A stretch of DNA of 64,000 nt from Phoronis australis (taxonomy: Eukaryota; Animalia; Phoronida), in contig NMRA01000117.1 of the NCBI GenBank assembly GCA_002633005.1, positions 186,001-250,000 on the forward strand. The letters are read 5' to 3'. Positions 1 through 12,346 of the stretch are shown here, piece after piece; position 1 is the first letter of the stretch; every line of letters begins with the position of its first letter. A program made the translations under genes and the position numbers. Below the pieces are notes generated by a model. The model made no database searches. It saw only the letters and a list, made by a program, of their open reading frames with translations, and was not told the origin of the DNA.

Positions 1-280
1 AAAACAGGTTACCCTTTGGTTTCTTTTATTTCTTATACTCTACAAAAACAAATAAGATATGTAGTGAAGGGTACTTGCTACACCAATTCCTTTTACCGAG
101 ATACATATGTGAATGTGGACAACATCACAATTAAAGTGTATTTTACACAGACTATCAGCCTTGGCTACCTATAAGAGCTGAAACAATTAGCTGAAGTTTT
201 AAAATGAGTTACGGATGTACAGATTCTAATCTAATGCTCAAAAGTAGTAAGACTGCTAAAACTGTAGTCATGGTAAAGTC

Positions 281-838
281 TAGGCAGCGACCACCATCTC
301 TAGCAGTGGCTACAGTCTCCAGTAGGGATGGTGAAGCTCCTATAGGAGCCGGAGGCTTTTCGGCGAGTTATGGCTCACACTGATTAAAACATCAAAGTCA
401 TGTTGTTATAAGTACCTTTTGTCCATAGAGGGGTACCTCAGGAGGTCATCGATATATTGAATTCCGTCCAACTCGAATAAATACTCCTACAATCAAACTT
501 TTTATTGAAACAGTCCTCCGTTCAACTGGCCATTTTTACACTGCGCCTGCTCCTAATGTTACCGTGCCCGCCAGAAGCACGAGAGGTGTTAAAAATGACC
601 AGTTGCCGATTTGGACAACTGAACAAAAGACTGCTTGAATAAAAGTTTGATTACGGGAGTATTTGTTCAAGTTGGAAGGAATTAAAGAAATCAATGGCTT
701 TGGCTTCCCAAGGTGTCCCTCTATATCCTATAACAACCTGACTTTGATGTTTTAATCAGTGTGAGGCATAATTCGCCAAAAAGCTTCCAGAGTATGAAGC
801 TCCTATAGGGGCCAGCTAGAGATGGCAGTCATTGTCTA
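281..838. mobile_element. Foldback MITE with long imperfect TIRs (same family as 6662-7618)
   Basis: Termini TAGGCAGCGACC...GTCATTGTCTA; the two halves are reverse complements (e.g. TTAAAACATCAAAGTCA vs TGACTTTGATGTTTTAA); flanks GGTAAAGTC/GGTAAAGTT look like a 9-bp TSD. Confidence 0.75.
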
Positions 839-1266
839 GGTAAAGTTAAGACTAACCCACACCTATAGAATGAGCAATGAAACCAGGGCCTACTAAGACA
901 GCTAACTTTCTCTGGGAACTACCCTACAAAAAGTCTTACCCCAGATATAAAATCAAATTTCATAGTAGACATCCAAGTTAAGCTTTGCAAAAACTTAATG
1001 ATAATCGATGCTATCCCTGGGTCACTCTAATTCAACAAAATCAAAGACATGATCATTAATACATATTACAAAACTGAAGAAACACAATTCCCCAACAAGT
1101 GAGACTGATGCTGAAAACATAAAAGGCTTTGAATGTCTCCAAGCTTTGGAAAACTGATAAAAGCCATTATGTCATGAATAACAACCTGCGAACGTATTTT
1201 ACCTTTAAGAAAGACATAAATTGAGACCGAGTTGAGCAGCCCTTATATCAGTCACGACATACTAAC

Positions 1267-1340
1267 CTCCTCAATATCATCGAGTTGATCTAACCTGTTT
1301 TTCACTTTATCTGTAACTGTGCTTTGCTGTTTTATGACAA
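1267..1340 (-). CDS. VPS35L: VPS35L (Retriever subunit, C16orf62) coding exon 5; gene continues beyond window start
   Basis: AG/GT bounded, phase 1 to 0; encodes (V)VIKQQSTVTDKVKNRLDQLDDIEE, matching the recalled human SEKVRTRLEELDDFEE. Confidence 0.88.
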
Positions 1341-1565
1341 CTGAAAATAGAATGCAGCAAGTAGTTAACGTAATTTCCATTGGCTTTTGGGCTTTGAGAA
1401 CATTTTGTGTATTAGGTCAAAATGCCCCAGTCTCTTAATGTCCTCATACCAAACAAGTCAATAATAGATTTCTGACATTTGCTTACACTTGATAATTTGG
1501 CAATTTGGCTTAAACACGCAAAGTGATTTCAGATGATTACAGAACCTTAATAAGTCAACACAAAC

Positions 1566-1710
1566 CTCTCTCCTTGTCATTTGCAGACAGAAAACTTGTT
1601 GTGATGGACAGCTTCTCTGACGTGGTATACTTGCTGAGTATTGCTGCCTTCCTGGCAGACCAAGGCTCAAACGTGTCCTCACCATCTGTATCATCTGATG
1701 TGCTCTTACT
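1566..1710 (-). CDS. VPS35L: VPS35L coding exon 4
   Basis: AG/GT bounded, phase 0 to 1; SKSTSDDTDGEDTFEPWSARKAAILSKYTTSEKLSITTSFLS matches human [24 protein letters not shown]. Confidence 0.92.
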
Positions 1711-3459
1711 CTGAATAGACAGTGATAACCATTCAATCACGCTGTATGTCTAGTCATGCATAAAAACCATTTGTTGAGAACAGCTATTCTGCGTTGAGCA
1801 AAACATGCACTGTGCACACTTGTGTAAAGAAAATCCAAATTGTTAAAATTTCCCCAACGATTCCTGTTGTTGTCATATAAACAATAAATTGTGAGAGTAA
1901 TTACTTTGATATCCTACACACAACAAGGTACAAACTCAGCAGCTTGAAGTGATACAGCATCTTAGTTCTTCCAGCAGCTAAAAATTTAGCAGGACCAAAA
2001 TTCATAAAAATTGTGATTTTAATATAACTTTGTTGAAAAGTTAAGGTAACAATAGTGAACTTACCATATCCGCTCAGGTACAAGCCAATGGGTTCATTAA
2101 AGGGAAGCTTCAAAAATGGGAATGGGCTTATACCAGGTGGGCTTGTATTGGACATTTGTGCATATGCTCAGAAGCTTGTATTGTACGCTCCAATACAAGC
2201 ATATGGCTTTTATCGCACGTTTGATTAATGGCTCTGAAGCAATCTTTTTTCTAGCCGGCTTTGTTCTAGAATGCCTGGCCACAGAGCAGATGAGAGAAGA
2301 GGTCAATTTAAAATGGATTCAAAGACAACAGGGGGTGGCATTGTCAGCTGCACTGTTGCATTCACATGGGAGTCAGATTGATCACCACTGGACATGACAA
2401 ACATTAAATAAGGCTGAATTTGTGCCTAATTCATCATAGACCAAAACAATCTGAACAGAGCAATACATCAGAATTTGTTGAGTAAAGCCAACTGAGAAAG
2501 TTGAGAATGTTTGGTTCACATGGATTTAGCTGTGGATGCTAATAGCTGGCATCAAATACAGCAACAATTTCCTATCAATTCATTAATGAAATGTCTTGAA
2601 TTAAAAGCAGCAGGCAAACAGTAATGTACCTTGCAACAAATTCTTAATATTAAAGCTCACAAGCTGGTAAGATTTGTGTTTTGTCCACAATCCGTGCACA
2701 AGTGCCAGTGCTTAACGATTACCACGCACTGTTAAAAACACAAATGAAAGATTTCATGGTCTATTCATGAGTTAACCTATATTCACCGACCAGATCTTTT
2801 ATCAAAGATTTCGATATCTAATTATTGATTTTTTTACCGTGTTCCAAAAAGCTTCATATTTATTTAAACTTTCTGTAAAATTACACAGGTCAAATGAAAT
2901 GTTTAAAGACTGGGTGAACCTGTAGAATGTGTAACATTGGTAAGGCACATGGGCAGTAAACCACTTTCCCAAAGTATCGACCAAAAAGATGCACAAAGTT
3001 GAACATGCCCAATTTCTATGCAACTTGTCTGCTGACACCTGCAGCATGTAGCGCAACATAATGTAGAGCCACTCACTCAAGCAATTTTGATGTCAGCCGG
3101 CGAGTTACACAACATATCGACTGACAATGACGCTCACATCCAAAGCAAGCTTCATAGATAAGAAAAACTGAGAGTGGGCTTATATGCAAGAATAACTCAC
3201 AAATGAGGGATGGCTAATAACCAGGTGCGGGCTTACACTGCACGGATACAGTAATCATTTAAAGCCACAAACAGTACTACATCATCAAAATCAACACATT
3301 CAAATTCAAATAACTTTTTTACCCATGAATCTTGATAAAAAGGTGAGTATGTAAAACGAGTACCATGATTATTAAAAATATTTTTAATGTTTATTTACAT
3401 CAAATGGATGCTGTTCATGGTTTTTACATACTACAAACTGGAAAACACACTAAACACAC

Positions 3460-3639
3460 CGTAGTGCCTAAGCTCATTTGAGATGCCATCTGTGACAGAG
3501 GATCAGCAGCAGCAAACTGTGACAATGGGTCTGACCCCTCCATGGCCATGCTCAGAGGATCCATCAATGGGTTCATCGTGGGCTTGGTTGGTCCTCCTCC
3601 ACTCTTTAAACTTCCTTTTTTGGCTTTGGACTCTGAGAC
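3460..3639 (-). CDS. VPS35L: VPS35L coding exon 3
   Basis: 180 nt, TAG acceptor and GTGTGT donor; VSESKAKK...MDPLSMAMEGSDPLSQFAAADPLSQ matches human VTESKTKK...DPLSSVLDGTDPLSMFAA. Confidence 0.88.
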
Positions 3640-4176
3640 CTAAAATACACATTCTAACACTGTTAACTTCTAATAGAATTTGGAAATGAATTTTGACAAA
3701 GTGCGTCTGCAATTGATTTAAACTGCATTTTGCCCTGTTAAGCTGTCACAAATTTCAAGTTCTTAACTGAAGAACCAAATCCAACGGCTGATCTGTGAAG
3801 GACCCACAGAAAATGGTCACTGTTGTCACATGGAAGTCCATGCTTCACCCATTTTGAATTTCATGGCTGGCCACCCTTAATAAAAACAATAATTTTCCAA
3901 AGCATTTCTGGACCTGTTGACAATTTGTATGGCTTGCTCTTCTCAATAATTGGTAACAGAAAAAAATTCTTATCATAGTGAGGAAAATTTAGAGACCTAT
4001 TTTATAAGAGTAATAGGTATAATTCGATTTTCATTGTTTAGGCAGCTAAACAAGGCGAAATGTAGCTTCAACTTTCAAAAAAGTTACTGAAGTAGTTTAA
4101 TTACATTTATCATCTCAGACTAAACATAAATCCAAGATTTCTATGAACTAATTGCACATGCACAATAAACATTTAC

Positions 4177-4267
4177 CGTTATTCCTTTTAGTGGATGACT
4201 AGAAGTCTCTTCTCTTGGAAGCGCCCAGGTAGCTCTCTCAGCATCATAGTTCCTCTGCTTTGGGAAC
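4177..4267 (-). CDS. VPS35L: VPS35L coding exon 2
   Basis: 91 nt, CAG acceptor and GTAAAT donor, phase 2 to 0; (W)FPKQRNYDAE...SHPLKGIT matches human WHSRNRNYKAE...YHPLKPIT. Confidence 0.88.
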
Positions 4268-4807
4268 CTGCAATATTTATGCATGAATTTGTACATTCTA
4301 TAAAACATTAAATTTACTCCCTTCATCAAAGTTGGAAAAGGGATCCAAGTTCAAGGTGAATGAAATGAAGTAACCTGTTACAGAACCAATCTCTAGTCAA
4401 TTTTATCCATCAGTGTAGTTCCCTGACTTAAGACCTAATGACTGGGTGTTTGGTGTCATTTGGTAAAAAATAGCTCTCCCACAGTTAAAACTATTAATGA
4501 AGTAGTATTGCTAGCATCAGCAACAACTAGGGATGATGCAGAGATAGGAATTTCAAACCAATCTAAATATTTTTCGTGGAAGAATGAGGTCGGAATTCGA
4601 CCCTGAATGCGAGGCATCAAGGGGCCTGAATATTCAGGTGACCAGACACACTCGACTAAGAGTCAGCTCAACAAGAACTGTAAACAACATGTGGACATCA
4701 ACAACATTTCGTACATGTGCTAAAAATTGTTTGGCAAAGATATAATGAGTAAGGAAAGCAGAAAAAAGTGGGGTAAGGCTTTTTAAATTAGGTCAGGTCT
4801 AACTTTA

Positions 4808-5547
4808 GTACAAAGTTGTATACTAAATATACAGCTCTGCGCCAACATTGGTAAAAAAGTGGCCAAATAAAATCTGACACAAACTTACTGTCACTAAAAA
4901 CTACTCTTTCTTAACAAAATTAAATTATTTTATCATTGTTGAAATATTGACATTCTAATGTTATTCTGTTGCAAAAGTTGTGGAGCAATCCTATATGCGT
5001 CAGCTTTCGGGGCCTTATGACATATGGCATCACCTATTAGCCAGTTTCTTTTTTCGCCGATTCTTCAAAGAACTGTTCGTCTTCCATGAGGTTGCGAACA
5101 TGTCAAAACAAATTATCGGAACTAGTTCTAATTTCATTATGTTTTTTGTATTTTAATACCACAAACCAAATTTCAGAGCAAATTTTGCTGTTGCAAAGCA
5201 GTCATATCCACAGAGATGTTGCAAAAAATTAGTAAATGGCGTGTGTACATGTCACAAGCATACTGTTTGCAAAACAACAAAGGGTTTTCTTTATTACAAC
5301 AGATGGAATTATGCAAGAAAATGACATTTATTCACAGGCAAGGTGAGTGTCGGTTGACTCCCACAAAGGCATAATTTACATGTACTCCCGTCGGTCGTTA
5401 CCTGTACATGTTGATGTTGATATATGTTTCACGGCTAGAAGACAAGTAGAACTACCAGGGCTGAATGAAATTTCGAAGTAAGTTGGAGCTTAACACACAG
5501 TGGTTTCTAGCTGTATGTTGATGAGTCCTCTATACAGTTAGCTGGAT
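4808..5547 (+). repeat. Dispersed repeat copy A (inverted relative to 7633-8385)
   Basis: Collinear reverse-complement matches along its length, e.g. CCAGTTTCTTTTTTCGCCGATTCTTCAA and GTATACTAAATATACAGCT. Confidence 0.8.
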
Positions 5548-6140
5548 GGCAATGCCAGGTCCTGGCCTCGCTGGTCTCCTACGTGCCTAGCCAGCACGCA
5601 GGTATCACGCAGTGGCACGCGCTTTAGCATTGGTTGGTGTAACCTCAATAGTCATTGGTTAGCTTTACAACACCATGAAAAATGGCGGACTGTGAACAAT
5701 TTTTAGCCTTGTCAAGCAAGTGGTGTCGCAGCAACTATTTCATTGCTGCAGTGATGCTTAAAAGCCGCGTGCTTGAAGCACATTCATGTGATTCATGTAC
5801 AATAAACAACTATCTGGCCGATTTAACCGGTGTGTTATTCATACTGTATGAATACAAGACAGTATCATAAACGAAAGTCATCAACAGTAGAAAGATGCAC
5901 TCCGAAAAGGCGCAACCACAATCAGCCGAGCCCGAGGCCAGGGCGAGGGTCCTGGCAGGGGGTGGGCACATAGTTCTCCCGTCAAGGGCTTGTTAAAATA
6001 AAAATGAAGTTAAGTGAGGGGTGGATATGGAACCTGTGGTAGGCTTACATGATAATGAATACATTCAATGAAATTTCCCTCAAAAATAAGTTGGCTTAAC
6101 TCTCTCTAAGCAATGCTTTTTACTATCTAAATTTTCTTAC

Positions 6141-6151
6141 CAGGAAGCCAT
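6141..6151 (-). CDS. VPS35L: VPS35L coding exon 1 (11 coding nt, MAS-W)
   Basis: CAAAATGGCTTCCTG|GTAAG: good start context and canonical donor; TG plus the first G of exon 2 completes the conserved Trp. Confidence 0.8.
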
Positions 6152-6347
6152 TTTGTTTAAGTCACATGACCACGATAACATATTGTCGTTTTTACAAATT
6201 CTTTGTTTCAAAAGTATCGAGTATAAGGCCTTGTGTTCACCAAATATTTATGATGCCCTCAGACTAAATAGTATGTTTTCCAAAATAAAGCTTTCATATC
6301 ATTGTGGTCAATTTCTCTTAACGTACGACAACCTCAAAGTATCTCTA
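6152..6347. promoter_or_regulatory. Bidirectional promoter / 5' UTRs shared by VPS35L and MED9(-GEMIN6)
   Basis: 196 bp between divergent start codons; contains the near-palindromic E-box GTCACATGAC (6161-6170). Confidence 0.7.
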
Positions 6348-6403
6348 ATGGCGGGAGAGATCGATCTTGGTTTTCTGCCGCACATTTATGATATATTAAA
6401 AAG
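6348..6403 (+). CDS. MED9: Mediator subunit 9, coding exon 1
   Basis: MAGEIDLGFLPHIYDILK-AG|GTAAAA resembles the MED9 FLPLVHNIIK motif; phase 2 joins the exon at 12347 in frame. Confidence 0.88.
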
Positions 6404-6547
6404 GTAAAACATTCTTGTTAATTTACTGTATGGAGACTCTGTTCATTCCTTCCAGCTACATACTCTCGTAATCAAACTTTTTCAAGCAGCCCTTGTTCAA
6501 TTCCCCAAATCGACAATTGCCCATGTTTACATAGCCTGGGCAACAAG

Positions 6548-6644
6548 CACAGGCGTCCTCAGCTTCTGATCGTCCCCAATACACTACATATAATACTACT
6601 ATATGTAGTGTATTGGGGACGATCAGAAGCTGAGGACGCCTGTG
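6548..6644. mobile_element. 97-bp palindromic MITE with 9-bp TSD
   Basis: Perfect 45-bp arms (6548-6592 / 6600-6644) around a 7-nt loop; GGCAACAAG duplicated at 6539-6547 and 6645-6653. Confidence 0.85.
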
Positions 6645-6661
6645 GGCAACAAGTAGCCAGC

Positions 6662-7618
6662 TAGGCAATGACCATCACCTCTGTTGGCCCGACCAGAGGC
6701 GATGCAGCTCCTATAGGCGCTCCATACGCTGGAACCTTTTCGGCGAATTATGCCTTGCACCGACTAAAACATCAAAGTCAGGTTGTTATAAATACCTTTT
6801 GCGCATAGAGGAACACCTTAAGAGGTTGTCGATGTGTTTAATTCCTTCCAACTCGAACAAATACTCCCGTTATCAAACTCTTTCTTCGAGCAGTCCCTAT
6901 TTCAGTTAATTCCCAAAATTGTGAACTCACCATTTTCACTCGGCGCATGCCAAGCGATTTGACCTCATTCTTTTAACCAGGCCGAAGGTCAGAAGTTGCG
7001 GTCCTACAGGCGAACTTTGAAAGCTGAAGTCACCACCCTCTGCGTACGTGCTGCCGGGAACCAGCCGTGCATTTGCCGTGTTGCTAAACATTAAAATGTC
7101 AAATATGCGCACAAAGACTATTAAATGTCATATCAACAGCATTTATTTTTATCAAATACAAACAATAATTCATTGAAATACAATCAGTTTCAAGTAACGC
7201 CAATTAAAGACAAGTGGTGGTGGCATTTGGGAAACGAACATTTGACTGACAAGACCGCAATGGCTCACCTTTGGCCTATTTAAAGATTGAAGTCATGAAT
7301 TCACATCACCTAGCGAGCGCAGTAAAAATTGGAGCGTGCGCAGTATAAAAATGGTGAGTTCACGATTTTGGGAACTGAAATAGGGACTGCTCGATGAAAA
7401 AGTTTGATAACGGGAGTATTTGTTCGAGTTGGAAGGAATTAAACATATCCACAACCTCCTAAGGTGTTCCTCTATGTGCAAAAGGTATTTATAACAATGT
7501 GACTTTGACGTTTTAGTCGGTGCGAGGCATAATATGCCGAAAAGCTTCCGGCGTATGGAGCGCCTATAGGAGCTGCATCGCCTCTGGTCGGGCCAACAGA
7601 GGCGATGATCATTGCATA
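6662..7618. mobile_element. Foldback non-autonomous DNA transposon with ~300-bp TIRs (Mutator-like by TSD length)
   Basis: TAGGCAATGACCATCACCTCTGTTGGCCCGACCAGAGG mirrored at the right end; GTAGCCAGC duplicated at 6653-6661 and 7619-7627. Partial copies near 9140-9310, 9655-9760 and 34034-34230. Confidence 0.85.
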
Positions 7619-7632
7619 GTAGCCAGCTAGCC

Positions 7633-8385
7633 AGCCAGCTAGCTGTATGAAGAATGTCGTCAAAATACAGCTAGGTACCACTGTGGGTATTTCTTCCGTT
7701 TACACCGAAATTGCACACAGCCAGGGTAGTTCTGCTCGTCACCTCACCGTGAAACTTGTATCAACATGTAAAGCTAAAGACCGGAGGGTGCATGCAAAAT
7801 CTTGGAATCAATCAACACTCACCTTGCCCGTTACAGCCATTTAAGTGAAAACCAATGCAATAAACGTCATTTTCTTGCGTAACTCTCCACCTTTTCTAAC
7901 AATGAAAAGTATGTTGTCATTTTGAAAACAGTACGCTCGTGTCACGCGCACGCCATTTCCTAAATTTTTGCGACATCTCTCGAGAGATGGTGATATCTTG
8001 CCAGCAGCAAAATTTCTTCTGAAATTCGGTTTTTCGGTATCAAAATTCTAAAAACTCATAATGAAGTGAAACCAGTTCCAATAATTTGTTGTGACGTGTA
8101 CGCAACCTCATGAAAGAACAACAGTTGATTGAAGAATCGGCGAAAAAAGAAACTGGCCTATAAGTGACGCAAAATTTCATGGTGCCAAAACCCGTTGCTA
8201 AAGATCACTCCACAACTTTAGCAGCAGAATAACGGTAGAACACCATTTTTTCCAACACCGTTACATAATTTAGTTTACTCAAGGAAGACTAGTTTTTAAT
8301 GACACTAATTTTGTGTCAGATTTTATCTTACCATTTTTTATCCACATTGGTGCAAAGCTGTATATTTAGTATACAGCTTTGTACC
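7633..8385 (-). repeat. Dispersed repeat copy B (inverted relative to 4808-5547)
   Basis: Reverse complement aligns collinearly with 4808-5547, with many substitutions. Confidence 0.8.
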
Positions 8386-9404
8386 ACGGCTAGGCAACGC
8401 GTAGCCACTTGCCCTCGGCTGGCTGTCGATTCCGGTTACTAGGGGCCACAATACTCCCATCATTTTCTTTGTCTAATTTCATCCCGAGTATTTTAAACAG
8501 GCGGTAGCGAAATCCGCTCACCGAATAAGAGGTTTTCATCTCACCAAAAACTCATTTTACACTTAAAATTATTACTTAAAAAAACACTTTCTTCAGCAAT
8601 CCTTTCTGCCTTCTGGTTCTATACATATCCTCAATGAAGCATATCTACGGGAATTGAGATGACTATGGCAAAGAATTTCAACTCCACTTTTCTGGCTGCC
8701 ATTAACTTTTTCTCTGCGCGCGATAACCATGAAGTATTTCACGTGAGTTAGCCAAGAACAAGACTGAGCGAAGCGCATGACCTTGCAAAAAATAGCATGA
8801 GCAGATTCAAGTGGAATTTGTAAGATTTGTGTCCCTTGGACTATTTGTTTGTCAACAGGCATGATTTCACTTAACTTCTTCAAATTGACACCCAGTGAAG
8901 GACGCTTGAGCGAACTGCAACAGATTTTCATGGATATGTTCAAATTATGTTGACTAAAATGTCTCTAGGGTCATGGTATGTGTTTGTTATAACTTCATGT
9001 GTACATATGCATGTTTCAGTCAATTTTATTCGCTGTATTTTGAGATGAGTAACTTCTTATTGGGGTGTACTATTGCCCCTGTATGCCTGCGGCATTACAG
9101 AGCGATGTAATTGCCTAATGTTTACTCTGCATGTGCCAGGAGATATGTTCGAGTTTGAAGGAATTAAAAACATGACTACTTCCTAAGTTGTGCCTCTATG
9201 CACAAAAGGTACTTATAGCAACATAACTTTGATGGTTTGATTGGTGACGGGCATAATTCACCGAAAAACTTCCAGCGTATGAAGGCCCTAAAGGAGCTTC
9301 ACTGTCTTGCCATAGTCCTGTTTCAGGCATCCCTTGACAAATCGTTCTGATATTTTGTATGTGGATGGATCTTTCCTGGTGCTGAAATTCACATGCAGTT
9401 TGTT

Positions 9405-9562
9405 GTGGTGGATTTAGAGAGGGCAAAGGGGGCCTTGGGCCCCCATAAAATTCTCCCAAATTCCACTGGGCAGTTCGGGAGAGCCATTGTCTGACTGGCA
9501 AAATCCTGGCTAATACTCTGCCCTGCCCCCCCCCCCAAACACAAAATTCTTGATCTGCTCTT
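9405..9562. mobile_element. GC-rich MITE (CAGTGGCGGAT...AAATCCTGGATCCGCC family), degenerate copy
   Basis: Shares ends and the internal GGCAAAATCCTGGCTAATACTCTGCCC with copies at 58100-58255 and 61030-61160. Confidence 0.6.
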
Positions 9563-9597
9563 GGTTTGTAAAAAGGCTAAAGCTCAAGTTGGCCTAT

Positions 9598-10652
9598 TAT
9601 TGTCTTAGCTTTGGGGTGAAATTAGGTGATGGCACAGCCTAATGTCATTCTATACCGGAAGAGGCTGTCATCTTTAATTTCTTCCAACTAGAGCAAATTC
9701 TCGTAATCAAACTTTTTGGACCAGTCCTTCATTCAGTTGCCCAAATTGGCACACTACTTGGGCTGTTGATATGACGTCATATGGGGTAATAATTGAAAAT
9801 GTCACGGATTTTGAACATTTGTTTGTCCATAAAAAAGCAATTGAAAGTAAAAATTTTTCCAAAATTATCGTCAGTTTCAAAGGCTAGCGCTATTGCCTAG
9901 GTTCAGGACTGCATTTGGTTGACTCAAGACGCTCAGAATGGAAATGAGTTCATACAGGATTTCAAGGATAGGGGTCCAAAATGGGTTTCCCAATTTTTCT
10001 TCGAATCTTACATCATTTCTAAACCAATTTTTTATTCTTTTACATGACAGTGAGCTCTCAGAAATGCTGCTAGGAAGTTAGAGACACCCATGTTTATTTA
10101 TTAATTCACTTGGGCATCCAATGANTATTGTCTTAGCTTTGGGGTGAAATTAGGTGATGGCACAGCCTAATGTCATTCTATACCGGAAGAGGCTGTCATC
10201 TTTAATTTCTTCCAACTAGAGCAAATTCTCGTAATCAAACTTTTTGGACCAGTCCTTCATTCAATTGCCCAAATTGGCACACTACTTGGGCTGTTGATAT
10301 GACGTCATATGGGATAATAATTGAAAATGTCACAGATTTTGAACATTTGTTTGTCCATAAAAAAGCAATTGAAAGTAAAAATTTTTCCAAAATTATCGTC
10401 AGTTTCAAAGGCTAGCGCTATTGCCTAGGTTCAGGACTGCATTTGGTTGACTCAAGACGCTCAGAATGGAAACGAGTTCATACAGGATTTCAAGGATAGG
10501 GGTCCAAAATGGGTTTCCCAATTTTTCTTCGAATCTTACATCATTTCTAAACCAATTTTTTATTCTTTTACATGACAGTGAGCTCTCAGAAATGCTGCTA
10601 GGAAGTTAGAGACACCCATGTTTATTTATTAATTCACTTGGGCATCCAATGA
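9598..10652. repeat. Near-identical ~527-bp tandem duplication split by a single N (probable assembly artefact)
   Basis: 9598-10124 and 10126-10652 differ by a handful of substitutions and abut the N at 10125. Confidence 0.8.
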
Positions 10653-12346
10653 TGAACTGGGCGTCCAATGATGAACAGGGCATCCTAGCTAGAGTGTCTC
10701 CATTTGACTCAGGTGTCCAACCTCGTGTCGAAGGCCTGAATGGAAACTGATATCCCGTAACTGAGCCTCTCCGCCCAGTCATTTCAGTGCCCACCAGTTT
10801 GATAGTGTACGCTAATACAGTTACTCGTGAACTACTCGTCTTTTACTAGACTGATTTTCCATGATCTTGCTTTTTTTGCAAGATTCATATGTTTCTGGAA
10901 TGCAGGGTACAAGAGTCTGATAAATGATGAAAATAGTTGAGAGCAAATTGTAGACAAATGTTTCTTTGTTGTCATTTGCTTTCTAACCATGGCCAAGAAT
11001 AACTGCTGGTCACAATACAGGAACATAATCAGCTTAAGTTTAATTTTGATGACAGTTTTCAAACACGATTTAAAGAAATTGTTGTTTTACAGTGTATCCC
11101 ACCATCTTCTGATTGAGATTTTACCTTGCAGTAAAGTACAGTATATTATACATGTCTTCATGCAACGTGCAAAATGTGTATTTTTAGCCTGAAGGTTACA
11201 GGTGATGTACCAAATGGGTGGACAGCTCTGCAACTCACTATGCAAAAGGAAAAGTTCTGTGACATCTTTATTAAAACTGTTGAATGTTTTTGATGTGAAA
11301 TAATGCTGAGCTCATCGAGTTTAATGACTTTGTTTGTCTTAATGCCCATCACCAAAATTTCTCCTTGTTAAACACCCATGCTCGACTTTGCACACACCCC
11401 CAATTTGTAGGATTTACACTTCCTTGAAAGTCACAGTGTCTCCAGCATTTTTGTGAGGAGTTTTGCTTTCAAAACGTATGCAACTCGCATTGGTAACACA
11501 CATTCGGTTTCAGTTCCACCTTGCTGTCATCTGACAAGAAAATTGAACCTTTTACTGAGGGAGTTGTAAGATGGTTCTTTTGGCTTGTGCGCATTCTTAT
11601 ATTAGTTTACGTTTGTGCAAAAAAATGGCAGAAGGCCATTTGAGTTAGCTGGTTTACTGTTTAGCTGTCCATCCCTTGTTTTTGAAATTCCATGGCCTGA
11701 TGTCAGAAATTTCCAATAAAATTTCCTTGGGCAATAACTCAGAGGATTACTATATTTAGTTTGGTAACAATAAACAATAGAGAGAAAGTGTCCTTTGGAC
11801 AAGTGCAGTGTTGTATTTACAGAAACGGAATGGCATTGTTGTATTTCAGAATGTTTGTATTGGTCATGTTTGTGTGCATGTACCATGCAAATGTAGTGAC
11901 AGACAATACAGGTGTTGTGTGTTTTGAAGTTTCCTGTTCAGGAGAATTATTCTTTTGCAGATTTTTTCATTCTCAAGGGTGTTGTTTTATTTTCTGAGTT
12001 TCTGAGCTAATTTGTCATCAGTTGTTTGTTAGGCCAACCATTCTAGTTTACGTGGGATTAGTACATGAGAACGCAGTGCTGTCTTTGAAAGCTTGTTTTG
12101 GTTCATGTCTTGTAGTGGAGCAATTTGTTGCTGTTCCTTCATTGGTGGTTAATGTTTCTAATTGCACATGAGAAAGCCATGGACTGAATATGTTTGAGTG
12201 ATTGTTTGAACAGGATAATTTATGTCCACTTATTTAATTTGGTGTAGTTTGTGCCTACGATATCATTTAATTAAGCACAGTGTGGGACTTACATAGTGCT
12301 CTTAATGTGAATGTGTATTTAAGGTATTTCTATTTAATTTTTACAG

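Noticed and set aside
5682-5870. ORF MADCEQF... with a strong AAAATGGCGG start context
   Set aside because: No recognisable homology; lies within a probable MITE bounded by CCTGGCCTCG/CGAGGCCAGG in VPS35L intron 1.
9598-10652. Apparent recent 527-bp tandem duplication in the MED9 intron
   Set aside because: Copies meet exactly at a single N and differ by a few substitutions, typical of uncollapsed allelic contig ends.
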